From: Candidatus Eiseniibacteriota bacterium | GTDB lineage: Bacteria; Eisenbacteria; RBG-16-71-46 | NCBI GenBank assembly: GCA_031370785.1 | Contig: JANMQY010000015.1 | Span: 1-64,000 of the forward strand | Length of the DNA stretch: 64,000 nt | Direction of reading: 5' to 3' | Part shown: positions 21,261-31,160 of the stretch, piece after piece | Layout: each line of letters starts with the position of its first letter | Numbering within the stretch: the stretch's first letter is position 1 | Notes under the pieces: model-generated | The model's database searches: none | What the model was told of the DNA's origin: nothing | What the model saw: only the letters and a program-made list of their open reading frames with translations | Program-made: the position numbers and the translations under genes

Positions 21261-22677
21261 GCGTTGCGCGCCCACGAAGTACGGTCCACACCGGAATGCG
21301 CGTGCCGTCCTCGGGCTCGAGGAAGTGGTAGCGAGAGAGATACGGATCGCGGTTCACGTGCGAGGCCAGCTCGGATGCGATCTCCGGGGCGCACAGCGCT
21401 CCGCTGCCGACTGCGCGCGCGATCGAGCGCGCCGCGAGATAGCCGCGAGTCTGAAGCCCCGGGGCCACGCTCCCGCCCCGCACCCGCACCATGCTGTCGA
21501 GCGTGGCCTGCGCGGCCGGCGGCAGGCGCCAGTCCTCAGCCACGTAGCGCACGCCTTCGAGCAGCGGGCGGTTCTCGATCCGCACACGATCCGGCGCAAG
21601 GTTCTCGCCCCCGCACAGACGCACCGAGACCTTGTCCTGCGCGAGCTGGCCCAGCAGGCCCTCGGCCTCGCGCGATTCGCCGTCCCAGAACAGAATGTCC
21701 ACCCGTTTCGAGCGAAGCCTGTCGCTCGTGCTCTTGAACGTGACGGTTCCGGGCGCGTAGCTGACGCGCTCCACGACCGTGGCGCCCAGCGTCGAGACGG
21801 TCTCGAGGAATCCCCGCGCGAACGCGCTGCGCTCGACGCTGGTCGAGGTCAGGGCGGCCACGCGCACTCCGCGCGAAGGCTCGATCATCGCGCGTGCCAG
21901 CGCTGCGCCGCGCGCCCAGCCCGAGGGGCCGATCGCGAACACGCTCGGGCCCACCATCCCGACCAGCTCGTCGGTCGCGGTCGGGGAAACCAGCACGAAG
22001 CCTTCGAGCCGAGCCGCGGTGGCGAGCGCGAGCGTGGGAACGCTCAGCAGCTCGCCCACGACCGCATCACTGCTGTCGATCGCGGTCTCGAGCTCGATCG
22101 CGGTGCGCGCCGCGTCGTCGCCGCCGCTCGAACGGAATGACAGCGCGAGCGGGAGCGCCGCGTTCCGGTTGGCCGCCGCGATGCCGGCCTCGAGTCCGAT
22201 GCGCACCGAGCGGGCGTAGCCCTTGTACTGACCGGTATCCGGCAGCAGCACCGAGATCACGAACGGCGAGGCCGCCGGGTGCAGGCGGCGCAGCACGGCC
22301 GGATCGAGCTCGCCGATCAGCCGGCGAGCCTTCTTCGGATCGGCCTGGGCGATGCGCGCGGTCAGGCGGCGGCGCAGTGCGGCGCGATTCGGCGCCACGC
22401 GCTTGAGCGCGAACTCGGCGAGCGGCGCTTCGAGCCCACCGAGCTGGGCGGGCGTGCGGCGCAGCAGGTAGATCAGCTCGGGAAGCGTTGCGCGCTCGGC
22501 CCAGCGCAGCACGAGGCGGTCGCGCTCGGCGCCGCGTTCGCTCGCCACCATGCGGTCTGCGGCAATGGCGTTGCGCGGCGGCGCGGGCTGCGCATGCGCA
22601 ATCGCGGCGGCGCACACAGTCGCGGCCAGCGCGAGCGGGGCAACGCTCCGCATGAGTCCGGCGGGAGGGCCGATCAC
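21247..22677 (-). CDS. Periplasmic binding protein-like (LpoA/Leu-binding fold) protein
   Basis: Signal peptide; VLLPDTG, VVGELLS and LVSPTA type-1 PBP motifs. Confidence 0.65.
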   Translation of the reverse strand: MIGPPAGLMRSVAPLALAATVCAAAIAHAQPAPPRNAIAADRMVASERGAERDRLVLRWAERATLPELIYLLRRTPAQLGGLEAPLAEFALKRVAPNRAALRRRLTARIAQADPKKARRLIGELDPAVLRRLHPAASPFVISVLLPDTGQYKGYARSVRIGLEAGIAAANRNAALPLALSFRSSGGDDAARTAIELETAIDSSDAVVGELLSVPTLALATAARLEGFVLVSPTATDELVGMVGPSVFAIGPSGWARGAALARAMIEPSRGVRVAALTSTSVERSAFARGFLETVSTLGATVVERVSYAPGTVTFKSTSDRLRSKRVDILFWDGESREAEGLLGQLAQDKVSVRLCGGENLAPDRVRIENRPLLEGVRYVAEDWRLPPAAQATLDSMVRVRGGSVAPGLQTRGYLAARSIARAVGSGALCAPEIASELASHVNRDPYLSRYHFLEPEDGTRIPVWTVLRGRATLSGP

Positions 22678-23192
22678 AGCTGGAATTTTCCGAAGTCTTC
22701 GGGATTGAGCTTCTCGAGGTAGCGGCGAAGCTGCTCGGCCTTCTCTTCCGCGGTCAGCTCGCGCGGCTCCTCCTCACCCTCGGCGGCCTCTTCGGCTTCG
22801 GGCGGGGGTTGCAGCAGCTTCTCGTTGACAAAGATCGGTGCGCTGGCGCGAAGCGCGACCGCGATCGAATCGCTGGGACGTGCGTCGATGGACAGGACTT
22901 CGCTCTCGCGCTCCACGAACACGCTCGCGTAGAAGGTGTTCTCGCGCAGGTCGGCGATCACCACCCGGGCGATTCGGGCCTTGAGGCCCTCGACCACCAG
23001 GTGCAGCAGGTCATGTGTGAGCGGCCGCGGGAACGGCTCCTCGGAGAGGATGCGGCGGATCGCCTGGGCTTCGCCTGGCCCGATCCAGATCGGCAGGATG
23101 CGATCCCCATCGACCTCGCGCAGGATCACGATGTTCTGCTGGGTCTTGTGCTCGAGGACGAGCCCGTTGACCCTGGCTTCGACGACGTTCAC
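22674..23192 (-). CDS. Bifunctional nuclease family (DUF151) protein
   Basis: LPIWIGPGEAQAI, RPLTHDLL and DARPSDSIAVALR motifs; GTGA overlap with upstream gene. Confidence 0.92.
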   Translation of the reverse strand: MNVVEARVNGLVLEHKTQQNIVILREVDGDRILPIWIGPGEAQAIRRILSEEPFPRPLTHDLLHLVVEGLKARIARVVIADLRENTFYASVFVERESEVLSIDARPSDSIAVALRASAPIFVNEKLLQPPPEAEEAAEGEEEPRELTAEEKAEQLRRYLEKLNPEDFGKFQL

Positions 23193-24508
23193 GGCTTGTC
23201 GGACGAGCCCGGTTTCGTCGCCGGCGACGTGGTGTTTTCCGCGCCGGCGCGCCGGAGGACCGGGCGGCTCGAGTCCGCCTCCTGGGTGACGAATGCGGGA
23301 GCATCCTCGGTGCGCATGTGGTCGACCATCCACTGCGCGGATGCCGACAGCTCCGCGGTTGGGAAACGACGCAGGACCTCTCGGAACGCCTTCTCGGCCT
23401 CGGGGTAGTTCTTCAGCTCCTCGGAGTAGATGAAGCCGATCATGAACAGCGACTGCGCGGCCTTCTCGCCGTTCGGATACTCCTCCAGCAGCTGCCGATA
23501 GGCGGCGATGCGCTCGTTCGGCGCCGCGGTCTCCTGCGCCTCCTTGAACATGTCGGCTTCGCTGCGTTTCTGCGAGGTGAAGCCCTTGATCGCCGCGGAG
23601 TCGGCAGTCACATCGAGCGAGCGGCGCGCGTCCTCGAGCAACTGCTTGTAGTACTCCTGCGAGCGCTGGGAGCCGATCTGGCGCTGGATCATCGGCTTTA
23701 TCTGATCGAACGGGCGGGTGCTCTCGGGACGCACGCTCTCGACCTTGACCACGTGCCAGCCGTGCGAGGTCCGCCACGGACCGCCGATAGCGCCGGCGGT
23801 CAGGGTGAGCGCCGACTCGGCGAGCGCCGGCTGCGGCCCGAGCGAAGAGAACACGCCCTCGCGGGACACGGTGCCGAGCGATCCGCCGTTCTTGCGGGTG
23901 AGCGTATCCGCCGAGTATCTGGCGGCGAGCGCGGCGAAGTCCTTGCCGCTCTTCGCGAGCTTGAGCACTCGCTGCGCCTCGTTCGCACTCTTCAGCTGGA
24001 TGTGGCGGAGCGTCACGCTCGCGGGGACGTGATATTCCGCAGCGTGCGCATCGTAGTAGACCTTGAGCTCGGAATCACTCGGCGCGGGATTCGCCGCCAT
24101 GCGTTCGGTCAGGTAGGTTCGGATCAGCATGTCGCGCCGCTGCTGCTCGATCTGCTCCTTCACCTTCGGCCGGTCGGCGACGCCGTTCCGGATCGCCTGA
24201 TCCATCCACACCCGCTCTTCGACCATGCGCTCGAGCACCTGGCGACGCCCGTCCGGCGTCGCGTACATGGCCTTGTACTGGTCGGGCGAGGAATCGATGC
24301 GCGCCTGCACCATGGCACGCGTGATCGGCTCTCCTGCGACCCGAACCAGCACCTGCGAGGTGTCGCGCTGCACCACGACCGTCGCCGTCGCGGTGGTAGT
24401 GACCGCGCGCGGGCTCACGCTCGAGTTGCCGTGCGCGCAGCCGGAGGCGAGCAGCACGAGGCCGAGAACACGGATGCGGCGGAACGCCCCTGGAATCGCG
24501 CGGTTCAT
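23189..24508 (-). CDS. Parvulin-type peptidyl-prolyl isomerase lipoprotein with C-terminal TPR
   Basis: Lipobox ASGC; LRHIQL, FAALAARYSAD..GGSLG and GWHVVKV motifs; TPR AAQSLFMIGFIY. Confidence 0.85.
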   Translation of the reverse strand: MNRAIPGAFRRIRVLGLVLLASGCAHGNSSVSPRAVTTTATATVVVQRDTSQVLVRVAGEPITRAMVQARIDSSPDQYKAMYATPDGRRQVLERMVEERVWMDQAIRNGVADRPKVKEQIEQQRRDMLIRTYLTERMAANPAPSDSELKVYYDAHAAEYHVPASVTLRHIQLKSANEAQRVLKLAKSGKDFAALAARYSADTLTRKNGGSLGTVSREGVFSSLGPQPALAESALTLTAGAIGGPWRTSHGWHVVKVESVRPESTRPFDQIKPMIQRQIGSQRSQEYYKQLLEDARRSLDVTADSAAIKGFTSQKRSEADMFKEAQETAAPNERIAAYRQLLEEYPNGEKAAQSLFMIGFIYSEELKNYPEAEKAFREVLRRFPTAELSASAQWMVDHMRTEDAPAFVTQEADSSRPVLRRAGAENTTSPATKPGSSDKP

Positions 24509-24948
24509 TGCCGGACGACCCACACCTTCACGGTAGCGGTGACACCACTGAAGAAATGGATCGGGACGTCGTACTTGCCGAGCTGCTTGATGTGCTCCTC
24601 GAGCTCGATCTTGCGCTTGTCGACCGGGTGGCCTGCCTTGGCGAGCGCGTCCGAGATGTCGCCGTTGGTGATCGAGCCGAACAGCGTGTCTTCCTCGTTC
24701 GCCTGCGCCAGAATGTTGATCTCGAGCCCGTCGAACTTCGCAGCCTCGGCGCGCGCTTCGATGATGCGCCGCTCGTCCTGCACCTTCTTCTGGCGATCCA
24801 GCTCCTGGTACAGGCTGGCGGCCTTCGTGCCCGAAGGAATCGCGAGCCGGCGCGGCAGGAGGTAATTGCGTGCGTAGCCCGGCTTCACGTGCACAGTGGC
24901 GCCGCGCGTGCCGAGGCCCTTCAGGTCTTCGAGCAGAATCACGTCCAT
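24505..24948 (-). CDS. rplI: 50S ribosomal protein L9
   Basis: MDVILLEDLKGLG, VKPGYARNYL and LFGSIT motifs. Confidence 0.97.
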   Translation of the reverse strand: MDVILLEDLKGLGTRGATVHVKPGYARNYLLPRRLAIPSGTKAASLYQELDRQKKVQDERRIIEARAEAAKFDGLEINILAQANEEDTLFGSITNGDISDALAKAGHPVDKRKIELEEHIKQLGKYDVPIHFFSGVTATVKVWVVRQ

Positions 24949-25944
24949 CTACTTCTCCTCGTTGGGGTCTTCCACCGGCGCCGGCTCCAGCCGACGATAA
25001 TCCAGCCAGACATCACTCAGTCCCACTGCTGCCGTTGCCATCACGAACGCCGGCATGGCGACGGTGAACACGAAGAACATCGTCAGGACGATGACAGATG
25101 CGGGCACACCGCGCGCGAGCAGCCAGGATTCTACGACCGCGATCCCCTGCACACAAAATCCCAGCCCGGCGTTGAGCAGCAGCGTCCAGCCCGTCGGCAT
25201 CCACTGCGGCAGCGGCGCGACCAGCAGCGCCAGCCCCGCCAGAAACGTCCACAGCGCCCCATCCGGCAATCGCCAGTCGCGCAGGCTTCCGCGCGACAGC
25301 GCCGGCCAGCGCATCACTCGCGCCGCCCGCGCCGCCAGCGAGCGGCCCGCGGTCACCAGTAGCGCGCTCCACAGGAACAGCACCGTCGGCAGCACGTGAG
25401 GCAGCACCTTCTGCCGGAGTGCCGCGTTCTCGTCGATCGAGCGATGGAGCGCGGCCAGCCGCTCGCCCTGGTAGCCGATCTGGCGGCACAGCTCGAGGAG
25501 CTGCTGATCGCCGGTCCTGAGCTCGACATCGATCCGCGAAACCAGCGCGGCGTATTGCGACATCCAGGGCAGCGCAGCCGCGAGCGCCAGCAGTGGCGCC
25601 AGCATCCACGCGCGCTCGCCCGACTTCGTGCCCGCGCCCTCTTCGCGCAGACCCATCCACACGCCGCTCAGCGCCGCGGCCGGCACCCACCACGCCCACA
25701 GGCTGCCGCTTCGCGCGAGCGCGACGGCGATCCCGGCTGCCGCCGCCGGCACGAGGACCGCCCACCTGCCGAAGCGCCACGCGACCAACAATCCGATCGC
25801 GGTGATCAGCGGGATCAGCAGCCACAGCCCGCCCCATGGCAGCGGCGTCTGGAGCGCGAACGCCCCGAGCAGCGCCAGCAGCAGAGCCGCGCGCAACCAC
25901 GCCGGACCGCGGCCCTCCACCGGCGAGCTAGCGATAGAAGTCAC
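24949..25944 (-). CDS. DUF2232 (YybS-like) membrane protein
   Basis: Multi-TM protein between rpsR and rplI; QGIAV and [11 protein letters not shown] motifs. Confidence 0.85.
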   Translation of the reverse strand: MTSIASSPVEGRGPAWLRAALLLALLGAFALQTPLPWGGLWLLIPLITAIGLLVAWRFGRWAVLVPAAAAGIAVALARSGSLWAWWVPAAALSGVWMGLREEGAGTKSGERAWMLAPLLALAAALPWMSQYAALVSRIDVELRTGDQQLLELCRQIGYQGERLAALHRSIDENAALRQKVLPHVLPTVLFLWSALLVTAGRSLAARAARVMRWPALSRGSLRDWRLPDGALWTFLAGLALLVAPLPQWMPTGWTLLLNAGLGFCVQGIAVVESWLLARGVPASVIVLTMFFVFTVAMPAFVMATAAVGLSDVWLDYRRLEPAPVEDPNEEK

Positions 25945-26170
25945 TGGTAAAGGGCAGCAGCGCCAGCACTCGCGCCCGCTTGATCGCGGTCGTCAGCTGC
26001 TTCTGGTGGCGGGCGCAGGTTCCCGAGACCCGGCGCGGCACGATCTTGCCACGGTCGGTCACGAACCGGCCCAGACGCTTCTCGTCCTTGTAGTCGACGA
26101 ATCCCACCTTCTCGAAGCACAGCTTGCAGTACTTGCGCTTGATACTTTTGCCTTCACGTTCCTTGGCCAT
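25928..26170 (-). CDS. rpsR: 30S ribosomal protein S18
   Basis: [24 protein letters not shown] and IKRAR motifs. Confidence 0.97.
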   Translation of the reverse strand: MAKEREGKSIKRKYCKLCFEKVGFVDYKDEKRLGRFVTDRGKIVPRRVSGTCARHQKQLTTAIKRARVLALLPFTSDFYR

Positions 26171-26180
26171 CTGGATCCAT

Positions 26181-26597
26181 TCACCTCCCCGAGATCGGGG
26201 GCTCGAGTGTGCCGCCCTCGTCGGGTGTTTGAAGCTCCGCCTCGGCGGAGCCTGCCCTTTCCAGGAAGTGCACCGACTCGCCGCGAATTTCGAGGCGCGT
26301 GCGCTTTTCGCCGCGCGTCGCGGTCCACTCCCGCATCTGCAACCGACCCTCCACCAGCACCGCGCTGCCCTTGTGCAGATACTGGGCGCACACTTCTGCG
26401 AGGCGCTGGTACGTCACCACCGTCGCGTAGCCGGTTTGCTCGGCCAGCTTCCCGTCCTTGCCGCGGTAGCGGCGATGGAACGCGAGCGCCAGCGTCGTCA
26501 CCGGCGTTCCGTCGGCCGCGTAGCGCCGGTCCGGATCGCGGGTCAGCCGCCCGCTCAACAGCACGCGGTTCAATTCGGGGAGCCTGAGCTCGGTCAC
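26181..26597 (-). CDS. ssb: Single-stranded DNA-binding protein (no acidic tail)
   Basis: [14 protein letters not shown] and [15 protein letters not shown] motifs; lies between rpsF and rpsR. Confidence 0.88.
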   Translation of the reverse strand: MTELRLPELNRVLLSGRLTRDPDRRYAADGTPVTTLALAFHRRYRGKDGKLAEQTGYATVVTYQRLAEVCAQYLHKGSAVLVEGRLQMREWTATRGEKRTRLEIRGESVHFLERAGSAEAELQTPDEGGTLEPPISGR

Positions 26598-26617
26598 GCC
26601 GCCTCCGACCCGGGGTA

Positions 26618-26971
26618 CTACTCGTCCCCTGACTCTTCCGCTGCGGCCAGAGCCTCGGCATCCAGCTTCGGCTGCGTCAGCTCCGGCGGCACGTGAAGTA
26701 CAGTCAGCACGCGCATCACCTGCTCGTTGAGCCGCAACCGGCGCTCGATTTCCTTCACCAGCGTGCCGGGTCCCTGGTACAGCACCAGGGTGTAGATCCC
26801 GTCGCGCTTGCGTTCGATCTCGTAGGCCAGCCGGCGCTTGCCCCAGCGCTGGACCTCGATGAGCTCGCCGCCCAGGTCTTTGATCCACCCGGAGACGCGC
26901 TCGACTTCCTCGTTGACCTTCACCTCATCCAGGCCGGGCTCGAGGATGAACGTCGTTTCGTACTTGATCAC
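26618..26971 (-). CDS. rpsF: 30S ribosomal protein S6
   Basis: YETTFILEP and WGKRRLAYEI motifs; GTGA overlap with pth. Confidence 0.96.
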   Translation of the reverse strand: MIKYETTFILEPGLDEVKVNEEVERVSGWIKDLGGELIEVQRWGKRRLAYEIERKRDGIYTLVLYQGPGTLVKEIERRLRLNEQVMRVLTVLHVPPELTQPKLDAEALAAAEESGDE

Positions 26972-27555
26972 GATTCCTGACCCTCCTCTGTTCGCAGCTT
27001 GCGGTTGAATCGGTTCATGGCGGCCGTCATTCCTTCGCCGGCCCAGCACTCGACCGCATCCGCGGCGAGCGCGACCACTTCGGCGACGGTCGCCTCTTCG
27101 TCCTGTTCAAACCCTTCCAGCACGTGCTCGCGCAGCTCATCCGCGCCGGCGTAGCCGACTCCGACGCGAAGCCGCGCGTATTCCCGGCTGCCGAGCGCGG
27201 CCTCGATGCTCTCGAGGCCGAGATGTCCGCCGCTCGAGCCGCGCTCGCGAAGGCGCAAAGCTCCGATCGGCAGATACACATCGTCGGCCACCACCAGCAA
27301 TGCCGCAGGATCCAGCTCGTGCACGGCCCGCCATTCCTGCAGCGCCTGGCCCGAGGCGTTCATGAACGTCAGCGGGTACATCAGGTCCAGCGTCCGTCCC
27401 TCGCGCGTCGCTCGCACCGTGCGATACGTCGCCACCGATTCGCCCGGCTCGGTGGTTGCGCGCTGCTCGAGCGTCTCGAGTACGCGCCAGCCCACGTTGT
27501 GCCGGGTGCGACTGAAGCGCGACCCCGGATTGCCGAGACCGAGCACCAGCGCCAC
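26968..27555 (-). CDS. pth: Peptidyl-tRNA hydrolase
   Basis: GLGNPG, TRHNVG, PLTFMNASG and GGHLGL motifs. Confidence 0.95.
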   Translation of the reverse strand: MALVLGLGNPGSRFSRTRHNVGWRVLETLEQRATTEPGESVATYRTVRATREGRTLDLMYPLTFMNASGQALQEWRAVHELDPAALLVVADDVYLPIGALRLRERGSSGGHLGLESIEAALGSREYARLRVGVGYAGADELREHVLEGFEQDEEATVAEVVALAADAVECWAGEGMTAAMNRFNRKLRTEEGQES

Positions 27556-27558
27556 GGC

Positions 27559-28281
27559 CTACTTCTTCTCCTTGTCCTTACCCTTGTCCTTCGGCTTGTC
27601 CTTGTCCTTCTCCTGGCCGCCCTTCGCGGCCAGCTCCTCGCCCTCTTCGTCCTTCTTGCCCTTGGAGATGACTTCCGGCTCGGCAGCAGTCGCGACCGCG
27701 GCCTCCTCGGCCGGCTTCTCTTCCATGACCGTCGGCGCCACCACCGTCGCGATGGTCGCGTCCGGATCGGTCAGGATGGTGACGTTCGGCACCGAGAGGT
27801 CGCGCACGTGGATCGAGTCGCCGATGTTGAGCGCGGACACATCCACGTCGATCGAGCCGGGAATCTGGGTCGGCAGACAGCGCACTTCGATCTGACGCAG
27901 GATGTGCTCGAGAATGCCGCCGCCATCCTTGACCCCGATCGCAAGCCCGGTCACGTGGACCGTGACCTCGACCTCGACGCTCTCGGTGAGCGAGATGTGC
28001 TGGAAGTCGAGGTGCAGGATGTCGCGGCTGAGCGGGTCGTACTGCACGTCGCGGATCAGCGCCGTGAACTCGCCGCCGCCGAGCACGAGGTTCACGAGCG
28101 GGTTGGCGCCCTTGTGATGGCGCAGCGCGAGCTCGAAATCACGCTTGCCGATCGAGACTGCAATCGGCTTCTCCTTGTGGCCGTAGAGCACTCCCGGGAT
28201 CTTGCCGGCCGCGCGCGCCTTGCGGGCGCCGCCCTTGCCGAGCCCCTCGCGGCGCTCGCCGGTCAACGGAATGACGGACAT
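27559..28281 (-). CDS. rplY: 50S ribosomal protein L25/Ctc
   Basis: GKGGARKAR, IPGVLYG, HLDF and IGDSIHVRDL motifs. Confidence 0.96.
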   Translation of the reverse strand: MSVIPLTGERREGLGKGGARKARAAGKIPGVLYGHKEKPIAVSIGKRDFELALRHHKGANPLVNLVLGGGEFTALIRDVQYDPLSRDILHLDFQHISLTESVEVEVTVHVTGLAIGVKDGGGILEHILRQIEVRCLPTQIPGSIDVDVSALNIGDSIHVRDLSVPNVTILTDPDATIATVVAPTVMEEKPAEEAAVATAAEPEVISKGKKDEEGEELAAKGGQEKDKDKPKDKGKDKEKK

Positions 28282-28387
28282 CGGATGTTCCTCCTCGAAT
28301 GCGGGGGCGAGCCCCGTTGTTGCGGCGCGACCGGCTCGTCAGACGAGCGCAGGAGCCCCGCCAGGTGTTTCGACAGGTGTTCGACCG

Positions 28388-29320
28388 TCAGATGAAAAGC
28401 GAGCTGAGCGAACGTTCCTCGTGTATGCGCTGCACCGCCTCACCCAGCAGCCCGGCGATGCTCAGCTCGGTGACGTTGGGCGTGAGCTTCATGTGTTCGT
28501 GACTGACCGTGTCGGTGATCACCAGCTCGCGGATCGGCGACTGCGAGATGCGCGCCAACGAATCGTTGCTGAACACCCCGTGCGTGACGCCGGCGTAGAT
28601 CTCCTTCGCGCCCTGGCCGCGGATCGCGAGCGCCGCCTGGCACAGGGTGCGCGCGGTGGTCACCACGTCGTCGAACAGCACGACGTTCTTGCCCGACACA
28701 TCACCGATGATGTTCATCACTTCGACCGCGTCCGCCCTGGGGCGCCGCTTGTCCACCAGCGCGAGGTCGCAGCCCAGCCGCTTGGCGTAGGCGCGCGCCA
28801 TCTTCACGCTGCCGATGTCGGGCGCAACCACCACCAGGTCGGGGATGTTCTTCTGTGCGAAGTGCTCGACCAGCACCGGGGCGGCGTATAGGTGGTCGAA
28901 CGGAATGTCGAAGAAGCCCTGGATCTGCGCGCTGTGCAGATCCATGGTCAGCGCCCGATCGGCCCCGGCCACGGTGATCAGGTTCGCGACCAGCTTGGCC
29001 GAGATCGGCGCGCGCGGCTGATCCTTGCGGTCCTGGCGCGCGTAGCCGAAGTAGGGCAGGACCGCGGTCACGCGCCGCGCCGAGGCGCGCTTGGCCGCGT
29101 CGAGCATGACCAGCAGCTCCATCAGGTTGTCCGCCGGTGCGCCGGTCGCCTGCACGATGAACACGTCGCTGCCGCGGATGTTCTCGTTGAATCGGACCGA
29201 GACCTCTCCGTCCTCGAAGCGCGACACGTCGGCGTCGCCCATCGGCACCTTGAGCTTCTCGCAGATCGACTGGGCCAGCTTGCGGCTGGCATTTCCCGAG
29301 AAGATGCGACATGCGTCCAA
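28388..29320 (-). CDS. prs: Ribose-phosphate pyrophosphokinase
   Basis: FEDGE, PYFGYARQDRK and DLHSAQIQGFF motifs; TTG start inferred from RBS. Confidence 0.95.
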   Translation of the reverse strand: MDACRIFSGNASRKLAQSICEKLKVPMGDADVSRFEDGEVSVRFNENIRGSDVFIVQATGAPADNLMELLVMLDAAKRASARRVTAVLPYFGYARQDRKDQPRAPISAKLVANLITVAGADRALTMDLHSAQIQGFFDIPFDHLYAAPVLVEHFAQKNIPDLVVVAPDIGSVKMARAYAKRLGCDLALVDKRRPRADAVEVMNIIGDVSGKNVVLFDDVVTTARTLCQAALAIRGQGAKEIYAGVTHGVFSNDSLARISQSPIRELVITDTVSHEHMKLTPNVTELSIAGLLGEAVQRIHEERSLSSLFI

Positions 29321-29560
29321 GGGCGTCTCTCCGGTCTGCCGGTGTTTCGCGCAGCCGTGCCACGCATTTCCGAAGACGCGCGTGCTGAACGCAGGGGAAG
29401 CGAACCCCGGAGGCGATCTTCGGACAACTGTTGGCACGACGGACGACTCGGACAGCTCCACCAACAGAACGGGATTTCCGTTACGGTCCGGGCGCGTGGA
29501 AGCTCGCTCGGGGTGGAAGGCGACTGGCCGAAAAGAACGACACTGCAGAAAAGCCTGCGG

Positions 29561-29590
29561 AGATTAGCGGGGTTTCCGGGGAGAAGTCAA
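29561..29590 (-). promoter_or_regulatory. Sigma70 promoter upstream of prs
   Basis: TTGACT-N18-TAATCT. Confidence 0.5.
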
Positions 29591-29682
29591 CCGATCGGGT
29601 TCAAACGCGATCGGGCGCGGCGGCCCGGGCGCGGCGCGGGGAGCGCCTCGCGGGCAGAGCGGCGGGAGACCCGCCTCGAAGC

Positions 29683-29991
29683 TCAGTACGAAACCGAGCG
29701 GACGTGAGGCTCGGGTACTGGTGGTGCACTCGGATTCGTCAGCTCACGTTCGTAGGCGCCCATGACGATCTCGGTCAGGTACTTGCGCGTCGTGTCGTTG
29801 ATCGGATGCGCCAGATCCTGGTGCTGGCCGTCGGGCCGCTTGCGGCTCGGCATGGCGACGAACAGTCCCGAGTTGCCGCGGATGATCTTCAGTCCGCGGA
29901 TCACGAACGAGTCATTGAGTGTGATGCTGACAAAGGCCTTCAGCTTCTCGTCGTTTCGCAGCGAAACCCTGACCTCGGTGATCTCGATCAT
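29683..29991 (-). CDS. spoVG: SpoVG family protein
   Basis: ITEVRV, LKAFVSITL, LFVAMPSRK and DLAHPI motifs. Confidence 0.93.
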   Translation of the reverse strand: MIEITEVRVSLRNDEKLKAFVSITLNDSFVIRGLKIIRGNSGLFVAMPSRKRPDGQHQDLAHPINDTTRKYLTEIVMGAYERELTNPSAPPVPEPHVRSVSY

Positions 29992-30104
29992 GAGAATTTC
30001 ACCTCGGAGCCATCCATGTAGGGTGCGTCTGGCTCTGCGGAGCGCCGTGCGTGCGCGCGTTTGACCAACTCCTCGAACCTTGTGCTTCCGTGCCTGCGCT
30101 CGAG

Positions 30105-31160
30105 TTACGGCAACGTGGTCAGTCGCAATCCCGCCCGAGTGGAGCGCACGGAGTAGATCCGTTCGTTCCCGGCAAGGCGGTGCGCGACGATCTTGGCGGA
30201 AAGTCCCGGCCCGAGGATCCCGAACACCGCAGACCCGCTGCCGGTCATGCGCGCATTCGAGACTCCCGCCGCGTTCATCCGCGAACACAGCGAGAGAAAA
30301 TCCGACCGCCGACTCCCCAATGCTGATTCCATTGTGTTTCCAAGGGCAAGCGCCTGTTCGGGTTTCAAGCGTCGACCCACTAAATTCTTCGCGTATCCTA
30401 GTTTGGTCATCCACGCTGTCAAGCCATATTTATTCCTTTCGATCTGACTGAAGGCAACGGCGGTCGAGATCCGCCAGGCCGGCACTGCCACGACCGCGCG
30501 AACCGTTCCGTCGAGCTCGAGCGGCGTGAGACGGTCTCCGCGGCCAAGGCCGAGGGCGGTCCCTCCCAGCATGGCGAAGGGCACATCGGAGCCCACTTCC
30601 GCCGCCAACGCGAGCCGATCGGCGAGCGAAAGACGCACCCCGTAGAGCGCCGCCAGCGCGACCAGCGCCGCCGCCGCATCCGCGCTCCCGCCACCCAGAC
30701 CCGACTGCGCCGGGATGCGCTTGATCAGATCGAAGTGGGCGCCGCCAATCCGATCGAGTCGAGAGGCCAGCAGCCGCGCCGCCTCGAGCACCAGATTGCG
30801 CGCGCCGGCGGGAACCGGCTCGCGACTGCGGGCGGAGGCGCTTGGCGCGCGAGTGCGGTCGCGCGCACTCGGACGGGCGGCGGAGTCTCGGCCGCGCGTC
30901 ACAATGCGCGAGCGGGCTGGCGATTCGTCGCGCGTCAACGCCGCGTCCTCGAAGCGCAGGCTCAGGCTGAATCCGGCGCGACGCCGGGTCGCGATCAGCG
31001 TGTCGGCGAGATCGATGGACTGAAAGACCGTGGCCAGCTCGTGGAATCCGTCCGAGCGCTTCGGTCCGATCGCAAGCCCGAGGTTGAGCTTGGCGCGCGC
31101 CTCGACCTTGACCCGCTTCGGCGCGCGCGAGGGACGCCGCGCGCTGCGACCCGCGCTCAT
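30105..31160 (-). CDS. ispE: 4-diphosphocytidyl-2-C-methyl-D-erythritol kinase
   Basis: AKLNLGL, DGFHEL, KRIPAQSGLGGGSADAA, GSDVPF and MTGSGS motifs. Confidence 0.93.
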   Translation of the reverse strand: MSAGRSARRPSRAPKRVKVEARAKLNLGLAIGPKRSDGFHELATVFQSIDLADTLIATRRRAGFSLSLRFEDAALTRDESPARSRIVTRGRDSAARPSARDRTRAPSASARSREPVPAGARNLVLEAARLLASRLDRIGGAHFDLIKRIPAQSGLGGGSADAAAALVALAALYGVRLSLADRLALAAEVGSDVPFAMLGGTALGLGRGDRLTPLELDGTVRAVVAVPAWRISTAVAFSQIERNKYGLTAWMTKLGYAKNLVGRRLKPEQALALGNTMESALGSRRSDFLSLCSRMNAAGVSNARMTGSGSAVFGILGPGLSAKIVAHRLAGNERIYSVRSTRAGLRLTTLP

